This document shows positions 47,545-59,702 of a stretch of 62,091 nt of DNA, in pieces. The stretch is from NCBI GenBank assembly GCA_000320545.1, contig ADNK01000515.1, positions 1 through 62,091 of the forward strand, in the 5' to 3' direction. Within the stretch, counting starts at the first letter, position 1, and each line of letters starts with the position of its first letter. The DNA comes from Bigelowiella natans CCMP2755 (taxonomy: Eukaryota > Protista > Cercozoa). A program made the position numbers and the translations under genes. The notes under the pieces were generated by a model. The model worked only from the letters and a program-made list of their open reading frames with translations, was not told the origin of the DNA and made no database searches.

Positions 47545-48166
47545 GATTGCAGAACTGCAAACAAATTAGGTGTCTCCGATGACAGCTAGACAGCCAATGA
47601 ATGAATGAGGAGAAAGTTGTTATGCATTCACATTTATTTCATTGACATTGATGGGGGCATCGTGACTACGTACGTGCACATGCGCTCCTATGCATCTTCC
47701 CGACATCAACAATACAGCGTGAACATGTACTGCATTTCACCACAGCACACAACTCTCCCGTGTGCTTGACGAACTGCCAAATATGTGTGCACAGCGCTAA
47801 ATTAAAAAGGTGTACGTTGCGGGCACTATAGCTAGTTAGCTGCAACACAGCAACGCGGGTGCACAGTGCCCACTCTAGCATTGCTTAGCGTTTCTGTGAC
47901 GGTCTCTAAAGTCAGCTGTTCAATACGCATAGCTGTTACACAATGAATAAGCTTAGAAGTTCATAAATACATACTTATACGTATTTAATAATTGTATTAA
48001 TAGACACATATGACAATTGAAAAAATTTAAACATTTCATTACATCCGTCTCATAATAGACACAGTAATATCATATATAGTACGTCATGTATGTACAGAGA
48101 TATCCGTTGCACAGTGCAAAAATGATGACCATGTGATCGAACATGACGAATACAACATTATACTAA

Positions 48167-49354
48167 CTAAATCCATGGCCATGCCTTTCGGTTTTTGACC
48201 AAAACTCCATGAAATTTTTTAAATCTATTTTGCAAGAGCCAAATCAGATCTACTGCGGCCTCGTTAGGAGTTACTGCTTTTGACATGTCTGCAAACCAGG
48301 GTCTGAGAACGCGCATTGTAAGTATGACATCCATAGTATCGCGAGTAAAGTGAGGCATTTCAATAGTTATTCGTACTATACCTTGAAGCTGCAGTATCAA
48401 TCAGTCCTGGGCAAACTGCATGTACAAGAACATCACGCTTAAGAATTGCCGCGTCTTGGGCCAAGATCTTTGCCACTGCTACTTGTCCTATTTTCGACGG
48501 GACATTAATCCTTATGTACCCACAAAACAGTCAATGCATTTGCTTCTTATTCATTTTTACGAATGGTCTATCACATGTAGCTTTCTTTTGCTTGCCCACC
48601 TACCCTCTCTCTGCGTTTTTAGGAGATCGCTCACTAACGCTTTCCCGACAAATATTCTTGAGTCACTGCTTACCATTCAGGCCATTTCTTATCCATATCT
48701 TTTTTGAGCTGATAAAGAAAACAAACTTCAAATTCTAAAACAAAGGAAGTAATATTTCCTGTTAAGTTTTCTGAGTAATTGCGCAACCTTCACGTCCTCG
48801 GCGTAATCAAGCATGACTTTGTCAATGTCATCAATGCTACACTTAGACACGTTAAACAGTTCGTGTTTGCTTTTGTCTAACTTGGTTAGACTTCCATATG
48901 AACTGGCAAGGATCAGGAAATGGGATCCTTGCGCCATTATAGGCGCGAAAGACCGAACCATACGGGTTGTCCCAAGATTATTCGTATTTATGAAGTTTTC
49001 CACCTGCTCGGACTTGTCTTTATCCTTGTGTATCCGCGCAGCAGCATTGTGGATTAGGATGTCCAGCCCATTCTTGTGCTCGGAAATAATCTTTTCAGCA
49101 CATTCTTTTACACTTGAATCCTTTGAAACGTCGCACATGATCGGCTTACATGTCAATCCAAGTTTCTTCAGCTCGGCTGCCGCCTGTCCCCCCTTCTCCA
49201 TGCTACGCACACCCATGTACACCACCGTGCCCTGTGGAAACTCTTTGCAGATAGCTTTTACCAATGCAAAACCCAATCCTTGATTTGCGCCGGTAACAAG
49301 TGCAACTTTGACGAGGCTGGCAGGTTCGCCGACAGGTTCCTCTGTGGTCGTCAT
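48167..49354 (-). CDS. Short-chain dehydrogenase/reductase, carbonyl-reductase-like, 4 exons
   Basis: VTGANQGLG, CDVS, HNAA, TNNLG, WPEW|INVPSK, VCPGLIDT. Confidence 0.9.
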
Positions 49355-49773
49355 CCTCCTCCTCTCCCTCGTGCTCGAATAATGAATGAATCTCCTAGCT
49401 TCCTTCCTTCCTTCCTTCCTTCCTTCTCTCGGGATTGAGAAGGGAAGTCGCAGTCCAGAAAACGCCTTTCATTTTCCGCCGTCTTCTCTTCCAGATCGCT
49501 TGTATTTTGTTTTTTGGATTACTTCCAGAGAAAGGAAAAGGGATCGAGAATACATATGCGACATCCTTTAAGCGCCTATTTTCCAACTTAAACAGGCTGT
49601 CTGCACCCTATGTGTTCAGCAGCCCGATGCTCTCCCGACACATTAAAAATCACATCTCAACGAGGAAGGGGCAGCAGTTAAGCTAACCAACCTGCCTCCC
49701 TCTTCTCCAGCCCCCTCACTTTTTGCCTTGTCCCTGGCCATTTCAAAGCAGGCTAGTTGTATGATGACATGAA

Positions 49774-51162
49774 ATGAAGCGAGAAAGTATTGGCGGCGGT
49801 GAAGCGCAGAGGTCATCACTAGAAGCAACGTCTGTCCGTGAAGTTCGACTTATTAGCGATGGGGGGGGGAGTAGTAACATTGTTAACACTGGGAGCGTCG
49901 CAGAAAATGAAGATATAAGGCAGCATAGTGGGAGTTCTGGTCAGTACGTGACAAAGGATGGCGTGAAGCTGCATGTTAACAGCGATGAGGATCTCAAACA
50001 AAGGAGAGAACCGAGTGAGGATCGTAAGCGTGTCAGCACCTCTGATTGTGCGGAAGGTCTGGAGCTCATTCTTAGTCTTCCCCTTCTCAATGGAGATATT
50101 ATCTTGAATGATTTTAAAATGCTGAACCAAGAGTCCAAATCAAACACAAAAGGAGGGCTCGCCTCCTCCTCTCGACGCGAACTTCTATGGCTGACGCTGC
50201 GAAAGGACTTGGCAATGGCGCACTACATATATTTTCGAATAGTTCGGCAGATAGCGAGCATGATCAAACCGACCGCAGGCATTGTGATCTTGGTAGGACT
50301 ATATGTTGTCTTGATAGGGATGCGTGAGGACCAGGAAGAAAAGCTCTTATATAGAAAGATCCTCATTTACAAAGAGCAAGCAGACGACAACTTTGAAACA
50401 AGATTGAGAGGGAGCCTTGTAAATGCCAGCCTAATAGTAGCCGGCATCATCATGATAACCTTCATCTTCCTACTTCTGTTCTCTTTCAAACTGAAGAGAA
50501 CGGCTGAAATAATGTTATTAGTATTGCTTGGATCCTTTCTGTGTGCGCCGTTTGGCTACTTCCTGTACAAAATATTCGTCATACACGACCCATTCCCGCT
50601 CGACATCATAACCTACTTCCTTGTGATTGTCAACTTCACAATTGGGGGTCTGGTTTCAATGTCGATGAGGACGCTGCGGAGAACAATATTCAACCGAGCT
50701 TACCTTGTGTGCCTCTGTTTGTCCCTGGTCTGGCCCTTCGCTGAGTTTCCTGAGTGGACAGTATGGTGCACACTTGGGCTTATTACCCTCTATGATTTGT
50801 TGGCAGTGCTAGCTCCTTGCGGCCCCCTGAGATTTATCATGGAGCGAGAACTTTCTACTGCAAGCTCGCTCCCAGGGCTCATGTATCCTGGAGAGTTCTT
50901 CCGGATCGGCTTGGGTGATTTTGTTTTCTATGGAGTCTTGATAGCCCGTTCGATGTTCGTGGATTCGAATACTACGATTGCTTGTTCCATAGCTGTTGTA
51001 GTCGGCCTGATAGTCACTATTATTATCACGCGAAGTATTCGCAGCCTACGGGCCATCCCCGCCCTGCCGGTTAGCGTGGTGTTGGGTTTTGTGTTTTATG
51101 CAGCAACGCCACTAGTTATCAATCCCAGTCTGGGGAATATTGCTGAAGTACTCTACACCTGA
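49774..51162 (+). CDS. Presenilin-family intramembrane aspartyl protease, intronless, 462 aa
   Basis: PEWTVW, YDLLAVLAPCGPLR, GLGDFVFYG, PALP and multiple TM helices. Confidence 0.95.
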   Translation: MKRESIGGGEAQRSSLEATSVREVRLISDGGGSSNIVNTGSVAENEDIRQHSGSSGQYVTKDGVKLHVNSDEDLKQRREPSEDRKRVSTSDCAEGLELILSLPLLNGDIILNDFKMLNQESKSNTKGGLASSSRRELLWLTLRKDLAMAHYIYFRIVRQIASMIKPTAGIVILVGLYVVLIGMREDQEEKLLYRKILIYKEQADDNFETRLRGSLVNASLIVAGIIMITFIFLLLFSFKLKRTAEIMLLVLLGSFLCAPFGYFLYKIFVIHDPFPLDIITYFLVIVNFTIGGLVSMSMRTLRRTIFNRAYLVCLCLSLVWPFAEFPEWTVWCTLGLITLYDLLAVLAPCGPLRFIMERELSTASSLPGLMYPGEFFRIGLGDFVFYGVLIARSMFVDSNTTIACSIAVVVGLIVTIIITRSIRSLRAIPALPVSVVLGFVFYAATPLVINPSLGNIAEVLYT

Positions 51163-52129
51163 TGGCTGAGGCCAAGAAAGAGCTCATATTTAAGTATTAG
51201 AGTAAATGTCGTCATTCTCTCACCATACCACTTCGAACCTCCAGATATTTTTCAATTTAGCGATTAAGAGGCTTGCGTTTCGTCAACGCACCGTCTGACT
51301 CCAAAAAACAAACACTGTTGTGTAATGAATGAGAAAAGATACATTGATTCGAGAAAGGGCGTCATCTGTAGCAATACAAAGCATACCAACAATATTCCCT
51401 GCACACATATTTACTTTTGCATGCGAAAGACATACTAATGGAAACAAATGTATGCAACATGAGCGCTGTTGCCGCAGCATTGCACAGCTACATGAGGATG
51501 AATATTGAAAATATTTAATTACTTAATTACATCCGTATCATGCTTATGTGTAACAGCAACAGCAGCGTTGCTTCGAATATCATATAGCTGCTGCGTTACC
51601 TGTATGTCTATGCCTATATTTGTTACCCCAGAACACTAGAATACCCAATGCTAGGAATGGCCTGTGCGTAGCAATGTGTAACGCTGCTATATGTGCATTG
51701 CGCATCTTTGTTCTTACATCATGCATGCGCGCATCTGACTGCGCTGACTAGCTGGCGGCGGTGCGATAGCTCTGCTGAGCTAACAATAAATGATGGCTAC
51801 GCTACGCTGAGACTGTCAACGAATTCGCGCACATAACTGTCGCTGCACATACAGTGCACATTCTAAGCTCCTGTGATTGAGCCACGCATGACATCTGCAA
51901 ACGCCCTTTGAAATGAACAAACAATAAATAAATAACTTATTACAGCATCTACAACAGTGTTGCATGTACTATGCAAGCAATTAGTCGTAGCATTGCTTCG
52001 AAGCTCAGCGTTAAAAAAGCTTGGTCGAGCATAATGCTAAATTATCATCGGAATATCACGCTTTAAGCATACCTATCGTTACAGAGATTAGTCCGTCTTT
52101 CCATTTTCGCATTGCGTATGCCGGTGAGT

Positions 52130-52645
52130 ATTCAGTGTTTTGGTTTTATGTGGAGGCGAGTGACCGCCAAATATACTAGTACTAATGTTTTCAGTCTTTC
52201 CTCATTTGAAGAGCTTGATTCGAAATTGATCTCGAATCCACCACAATCCAGCTCTCTGATAAAATCGGAAGGAAAAAAATCACTAGACGTTCCTGACGGC
52301 CAGTGTTACGTGTACGAAATGTTGTTGTTGCTGCTGCTGCTGCTGTTGTTGATGATGAAGCTTGCTCACCTTCCATCTATCGGGAATGTCATCCTTTATG
52401 TCTTTATCCCAACTAACGCGAAACTCCTCGCCTGTTATCATTCACAAAGAGGAAAATACCAATAAGTGCTCAAATTAGGTGGTGAAACAGACATCACAAT
52501 AAAGACTCTTCGGCGTGAAAAAGAGCTGCAACATGTTCACAAGTCGGATGAATAATAATACGCAGAAGCACAGCGCTCGATTATTGTTCTCGCATAGACT
52601 CGATGAAAATCGTCGATGTTTTCAGTACCGTCGTCGTGAAAATAA

Positions 52646-52704
<59 letters not shown>

Positions 52705-52709
52705 AATAT

Positions 52710-52747
<38 letters not shown>

Positions 52748-53353
52748 TATTACCATCCCTGGTTACTCTCGTCTTGGTAATGACCCCTGTCCCAATGAGA
52801 ATGTTGTCGTAAACGATAACTCGCATTTTCTTCTTCAGTCGTCCTTTCGGATCGCTATACTGGTCAAAGGTTTTAAGGAGCAGCTTTTGGCGGTCCGACA
52901 TGCGCGGTAATGCTGTTTCCTAAGAGAACCAGGTAGTAGGTTGGTGGTAGGCATGGCATGACAATGCTGCACAAACCAATCGTAGTATGCATGTCACCAG
53001 ATATGATCAATCATCGCTATTACAGGAAGAGAATGAGAAAAAGGAAAAAACAAAATAGCTCAACTCACATACTATGAAGAAGGAAGAAAAGCCTAGTCAC
53101 AACAAACCTACTGCACTGCTATTCGATACTCTTCATTTCTTAACGATGCAATCATCATCCACATAATACCTGATACTCTTCATTCTTAACGATGCAATCA
53201 TCTACATCAGCCTCCCTGATGTACCTGAACACCTGTGACAATGCATGCGCGATGATTCTGTTAACGACGACGACAACGACAGCATGATGGCGAAGGAGAG
53301 GAAAGCATATTACAGGCCCGGCATGTAATCTTCACTCTGTCTCATCCTTTCTC

Positions 53354-53384
<31 letters not shown>

Positions 53385-53894
53385 ATCTTTACATCGAAGG
53401 GGGTGTAAGCACAAACATGGCATGATCGCCATCATCATAAATGGCTAAACAAACACATGCATCCTACCTGAAGTCTAGTTCTCAACACCTCCCTCTTATT
53501 GGGACTCAGGAACAGCTTCTCCAGCTCTCCGTCCTTGCGGCGGCGTCCCACATACAACCAACCCTGCGATATTGTTTGTGGTGGGAGATGGGCAGATAGC
53601 ATGTGTTAGGAGGAGGGAGAGGAGTATTATACTGTCTCCTGGGAGCCAAAAGAAATGATGACGAGGCGGTGTTAGTATTTGTTATGATTGTCCTAGTCGC
53701 TGTCTTGGAGGAGGAGGAGGAGCAGATGTAGTTGGATTTGATTTGATTTATTTCGTCGGGGGAACAAACCACCCACCCACTCACCTCCGGGAGCCACGGT
53801 GGTTTCCCTTCTTCTGTCCAGCCAACAGGAGAGTTCCCTTGCGGAAAGAGCCGCTTACGGTATGCCTCGTTTAGAATCTTCTCTACCTGCTCCT

Positions 53895-53948
<54 letters not shown>

Positions 53949-54025
53949 CCGACAAGCAGCAGAACAATAAATGTTGTTACTTCATACTGGTGGTAAGTAG
54001 CGTGTAATTGTCGTAGTTACAGACA

Positions 54026-54101
<76 letters not shown>

Positions 54102-54928
54102 GAGGAAGTACTTACATTTTTCTTTTCAGGCCGCAAGTAATAGAGCTCCAGCGAGGACTTGAGCGCATCATTGACTGTGCTGACGTCGGCCCCCGCAGCC
54201 ACGAGTTGCTTGCAGGATTCCACACATCTAAGGGATATTGATGTGATGATGACAATGATGATGATGACGATGGTGGTGGCGGTGGTGGGATGATATGACA
54301 ACCTTGGCTCTCGTTGATTTTCAGAACAAACGTGTACCCACAACACACACATACACACACACACACACATCGAGAGAGAAAGAAAGAGAGAGAGAGAGAA
54401 AGAGGGAGAGAAAGAGAGAGGAATAGATGAACCAACTTAAAAACTACAAAATTTTACCCGGATAATACTGCAAGGTGTATCGGCATGTCACCCCCGAGCT
54501 CTGCTACTTTCACGCCTCCAATAGTCTTAGTGGTAGTTTTTGTGCGCAACGAGGGATCTGCCCCCAGCTCTAAAAGCGTTTTCACCCACACCTGCGCGAT
54601 GATCAAAGTAAGTTATATTTAAGAACAGGGAGTAGTATTTAATGGAAGGGCGGCATGCATGTGTAGCTTAGTTGATGTATTTCTAAAAATTCACTGAAAT
54701 CTGCACTCGTGATGTTGGCAGGCATAAAAAGCCCCCGCTGAGTTTGAAAACGCATGGCAGCACGCAACACACCTCCAACTCTCAGGTGTACAAGGCAAAA
54801 TAACTACGCGCTAACGACAAAAAATACTTTGGAAGAACTAAACAGTGTGATATGGAGATAAACTTATATTGAAGTATCCATGTCGATACACATGTATGTC
54901 TGCGCGTGTCATATATGCGCACGACACA

Positions 54929-54977
<49 letters not shown>

Positions 54978-55373
54978 ACACACTATTATTATAAGCGCAT
55001 TTACGAATGAAATAAGTTGTCACACACCTGCGACTTCAAGGTACATGCCACGTGAAGGGGTGTGTAGCCGTGTTCATCAGCCTCATCAATTACCTGAGTC
55101 ACCACCAACCATAACATATGGAATTTACTTACAGGAGAAGAGTTGTGTGATATGATAGCGATCATATGTTGGATCTACTCTCCCTCTCTCTCCCCCCCTC
55201 CCTCTCTCTGTATGTTTGCGTGTCTGTTTTGTTTCATAAGACCTCAGGTTTATCCTCAATCCTTAGACGAAGGGTAATATTGGGGAGTACCCCACTCCTA
55301 ATTGAACTAATGATGGAGCTGCTGACGGACTTCTGCTCTCCGGAATCGCGAGAGGCCTTCTTATTCCTTGTTA

Positions 55374-55408
<35 letters not shown>

Positions 55409-55892
55409 ATTAGCCCTTTCTTCGAGCCTTTCTGGTCAGCTTTCTCATCATGGCTGCTGCATTTTTCCACAGGTGCTTCCGTGTTGTCCTGGGATAATTT
55501 TTGGCCACTTTGCGAGACTTTCCGCACTTTGAGGACTCTTACTGCTTCTTTCTCCTCTTCTTTTCCAGTTGGAGCAACCTTTCCCACCTTCTCGAGGTGC
55601 CGCTTCCTTGTCTGAAGGAACAACAAGTTAACGAATGCCCGCGCTGCATTGACATCCTCGCTATCACATTTACTATTATCGTTTTCTAAACCGCACAACA
55701 TTTCTCTCATCATTTGAGCGCACAAAATTCCTTCAGACCAAGGATCCTTTCATGGATGACAAGGGTCGCCAGGGTGTGGGGGTTAACTGAATTCTTAAAA
55801 TTTAGTTGTCGTACTAGGAAATCACATGCCATTTTTATTTGATAAATTGTAAGATTATGTCAGGAGAGTAAGTGATTGCCTGCTGTTCCATG
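52130..55892 (-). CDS. Ankyrin-repeat protein, multi-exon; both ends approximate
   Basis: Exon translations DEADEHGYTPLHVAC, VKTLLELGADPS..GDMPIHLA and CKQLVAAGADVSTVND; upstream ORF 55234-55725. Confidence 0.65.
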
Positions 55893-55959
55893 AGTGCGAC
55901 AAAAACATTTAGATGACGTACCATGAATAAAATTCGGAATGCATGCTCCTACTCGCGTA

Positions 55960-57473
55960 GGGCACACGAACATGCAGGCAGGCTGGTGTTGACTACCGGA
56001 AGGGCGAATGGCCATCGGCAACGGATCGTGAACAGGGAGACATGCGATCCTATGTGTACGCCTTCATTGCCGCAGGGTAGCCACGACGAAGAAATGATGA
56101 TGATGTATTGATAGAGATCTGAAAAATGGTGATAAATACAGGCTTGTCCTCGTCCCTGCCGCCGTTTCGAAATTATTTACGTTCGAATGCTGCGTTAATT
56201 CTGATGCCGACTTATCTGGCTTCAGCGTTGGAGAGAACTTAGCAAAGTTTTCCTTTGTGCCTTTAATTGGATGGATTGAAGCCAAGCATAGTCTATTTGT
56301 CATCGCCGTGATGCTGATGCTCACTTTGATTGTTTTCTCGTTCATCCGTCTCCTCGAATGTGCTTTCCGGTGCTGCTGTAAAGGATCCAAATTTTGGAGC
56401 GCCTTTACAGTTTTACTTGCAGTATTAGTTGGGTTTGTAAGGTCTGAAAGAGGAGAGGATTTCTTTGATCGGCAAATCGAGGTTGTCGGGGGAACTACAG
56501 CAGCGAAGTTGGTTTTCACGTCTCTTTTATTCTGTCGCGGTGATTTTTCGTCTTTATCTAGTTTATACCGGGAGTACGTTTCCCCTGGATTTTGGTCAGA
56601 GGAGCATCTTGCGTTGCAGGTACAGAAACAGTCCATTTCATTCGGAATCAAAACTAAGTCCCTAAATCTCACAGGTGGAAGCTGCGTCGTTCTTTGACAA
56701 TCGTGGTGCGGAGATAATTTTGCCTACGATGATCCCAGTTCTGAATAGCACGCAGTGTAAACGCACATTGGATTCGATTCATAAGCTTAGAGATTACTGG
56801 AAACACGCTAATGTCACTGCCGGTCCGTTTCCTATGTTTACCCTTGGACACGCGAGCTACCTGCATGGAAATCGGACGAATCTAAACTTCGTCCTACAGA
56901 AAGAGTTTGAATGGCTATACGACATTGTTATTCATAGCCTAGAGAACTATCTCGGGGACAAGGTGTACTTGAAGGAAGGTGCAAACTTGCCTGGCTTCCA
57001 TCTCTATCTTTCCTCATTTGTTTGGGGTTTTCCCGTTGCGCGGGTGAGGATCACCTAATCTTGCTCATCTTTTGTGACAATCATTCGGAATTTTTGTGGT
57101 TGTGAGATTTGATAATTTTTAGGTGCACTCGGACATACAATACAGTGACCAATTTCAAACAGACGAAAGCCACAGCTTGGGTTCAAAAAAAGTTATATCC
57201 TTCACGCTACCGATTCATCTTCCCCTCCTCGGGTCTCATGGGTTGTTCACTTACACTGCAAATCAAACCTCGCCAGAACTGAAAGTCCGGAAGTTCCCCA
57301 AGTTTGTGAGAGAGATGCATCCATACAAGGTAGGCCATCTGGTCATACATGGCGGACTTTTAATTCACCAGATTGCCCCATCCTTCATGGGACTACCTGG
57401 CGATGGAAGAATTACTCTCCAGGGTCATGGCTTCTACGATTCAGAACTAAAATCCTGGGCTCTTTATTGGTAG
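55960..57473 (+). CDS. 2OG-Fe(II) oxygenase-like protein with N-terminal hydrophobic segments; start uncertain
   Basis: Exons 56675-57043 and 57123-57473 give FTLGHASYL, LPGFH, HSD (HxD), SFTLPI, HQIAP and RITLQGHG. Position 56675 follows a CAG acceptor, with spliceable hydrophobic exons upstream. Confidence 0.65.
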
Positions 57474-57622
57474 AATTCAAAGCTTGAACTGGGGGTGGTA
57501 ATAACATTGTCCTATATGTCATGCATGGTCATGATGTAATATAGGCTGGAGTTTCAGATGGAATAAACATAAAATGGCGATCGATGCGATGTAATACATA
57601 TCGCTTATAGTCCATGCACTAG

Positions 57623-57788
57623 TAAGACGGATGTAAATTAAATTTGTTCAATACTCATCCTTATGTAGCCGTGCAATGCAACGGCTAAAGCGCTAATGTT
57701 GAATCTGTTGGTCTCCGCTATTTTATAACTTGTAGCTTCCAGGATGACCATTGAAAAAATTTAATTCTTCATTACATCCGTCTCATAA
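57623..57788. mobile_element. Putative MITE-like short repeat with imperfect terminal inverted repeats; related fragments at 48016-48055 and 51455-51536
   Basis: Ends read TAAGACGGATGTAA...TTACATCCGTCTCA. The motif ATTGAAAA..TTTAA..TTACATCCGT occurs four times in the window. Confidence 0.5.
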
Positions 57789-58298
57789 CTTGTAGCTTGC
57801 ATATTGCACAGCGATAATAGGATTTGCTAATTTCTCTTTTCCATGTGTGTGTGCACCGCTGGGGTTAGATGTGTACAGCACATTCATTGACACGCAACGC
57901 TAGCGATGGACTGCACGTGTAATTGGCATGTATGCGGTTCATGATGACATACTTATATTTCGAATTACGCTTATTGCTTACCGCCACGCCCAACCAGCAG
58001 TTTATATGTTAGGTTAGCGGTATCGCTGCACGACGACAGATAGCTAAGCAGTAGCACATCGTGTCTGAACTTAACTATTTCGGCAGTTGCAATCACAGTT
58101 ATGCAGCGTGTCATGCCGATACAGGCCGTACTTACGATTTCCAGTCATGTACCCATTGGCTAGTTGTCTACACGGCAATGATTTACAACTTTTTCACAGA
58201 TAAGTAAGCTTAGGTTAACAGCACCAGTATTCAAGATAACTCAATCTAGTGTTATTTCCCCAGAGGTTACTTTTAAATATGTAACCTCGTAAACTGTC

Positions 58299-59702
58299 TT
58301 ATGTCAAAGGAATCGCAACCTCTCCATCTTCACCAAATGCTTTATTATGAAGAAGGATTCCAAATAGAATTACAACAAAAATTGTGATGAGTCCTGATGT
58401 TTTGGATTCTAGGTGACGAAGAGTTTTTATTATGTGCTGTATCTTTGTCTCAATGTCTTGAAACATGTCAGAGGCTCCTTCCATTTTATCTGGAAAGTCA
58501 ACATTCTTCCTGCTAGATTGTGGATGCACTTTTCTTAAACTTTTCTTTTCCGAGGAGACCGGGCTCGGTTGGGTCGGGATCATTAGAGGTGAGGGCTTAT
58601 TATTTTCTTTAGGTCCTGAAGTCTGTGAGGGAGTCTTTTGTTTTCTTGCTTTGTTAAATTCCGAACTTAACCTTTTTGGTCGTGGGCTGGACCCCGGAGA
58701 TGCTCTGTTATGCTTTGGAGAAGTTCTCTTCCCACCAGAAGCTGACATTCTGTTCTTCACCGGAGTATATTTTCTCAATTGGTCGGGGGATGTATTAGAC
58801 CGTGCTACTTTCTGCATATTTTCTATTTTTTTCGGCGATAACCTAAAAAAAATAGGGGTGGTATACTTTTCTATTCTCTTTACGATCCAATTTACCAATT
58901 CCTCTGGCTTTTGGTTAGAGCTGAGCGTCTGTATGAGAAAGGTAATGACCGAGAGGAGACCTTTCTGATTGATCACTTTTGACTCGAAAAGGAGAACATT
59001 TCCAATCTTGAACCACTTTTCAATTTTGCCTACGTTCTCATCCAACATTGATTTACCCGTACCAGCAGTGGGCAACGATTCAGTATTTTGATATTCTTTT
59101 ACAGTTTCGTCGCATTTTGCTATGACTTTAATACCCAAAGAATCCAGTTTATGTCTATCTCTTAGCAAGGATGGGGTCCCGACAAAAAACTTTTTATTTG
59201 TGTTCTCATCGCACCATATGACATTTGGATAGGGCCACTTTGATGAACTATCGAACTTGAATTTGAAGACCTCCCTGCCGAATTGTTTTACAAATTCCGC
59301 ATGGTCGACAAGTACTACCTTTTCTTCCTTCGGTATTTCATTATTTGCAATATCCAAATAACGTTTTTTCCCACCACTATGATAAATGAAGAGGTACAGA
59401 CAGTAACGCTGAGATTGGTTTTTAGCATTAGTGTACTCCTTTTTGATTCTTTTGATCTTAGCTTTAAACTTTTTCAAATCGGGGACAGATTCTGCACATT
59501 CTAGACATAGTTCAGCATCTATGGTATCTCGGATATCTAGTATCTCTATTTTTATTTTATATTCGGTGGAACTAGGTGAACTTCGAGGCGAAGTGCCTGC
59601 CTTCCCCCCTGAAGGAACGTAGAGCCCCAAAGCGTTGAAGAGAAGCAAGGCAGCGTCCCTCTTTTCCCTACTTGACGATATCTGAGAAGAAGAGAGATAC
59701 AT
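58299..59702 (-). CDS. Rhodanese + pseudo-DSP + C-terminal TM protein, 467 aa (may have upstream exons)
   Basis: ILDIR..LFIYH (rhodanese-like); YPNVIW..FFVGT..LDSLGIKVI..GNVLLF (DSP fold, no CX5R); TM GLITIFVVILFGILL. Confidence 0.6.
   Translation of the reverse strand: MYLSSSQISSSREKRDAALLLFNALGLYVPSGGKAGTSPRSSPSSTEYKIKIEILDIRDTIDAELCLECAESVPDLKKFKAKIKRIKKEYTNAKNQSQRYCLYLFIYHSGGKKRYLDIANNEIPKEEKVVLVDHAEFVKQFGREVFKFKFDSSSKWPYPNVIWCDENTNKKFFVGTPSLLRDRHKLDSLGIKVIAKCDETVKEYQNTESLPTAGTGKSMLDENVGKIEKWFKIGNVLLFESKVINQKGLLSVITFLIQTLSSNQKPEELVNWIVKRIEKYTTPIFFRLSPKKIENMQKVARSNTSPDQLRKYTPVKNRMSASGGKRTSPKHNRASPGSSPRPKRLSSEFNKARKQKTPSQTSGPKENNKPSPLMIPTQPSPVSSEKKSLRKVHPQSSRKNVDFPDKMEGASDMFQDIETKIQHIIKTLRHLESKTSGLITIFVVILFGILLHNKAFGEDGEVAIPLT

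Noticed and set aside
53125-53205. Duplication of about 30 bp (also a 21-bp duplication at 7221-7263)
   Set aside because: Two-copy intronic slippage duplications; not CRISPR-like and no sign of function.
56064-56672. 202-aa minus-strand ORF
   Set aside because: No motifs; it overlaps plus-strand exons with proper splice sites leading into the oxygenase domain, so it is probably a shadow.
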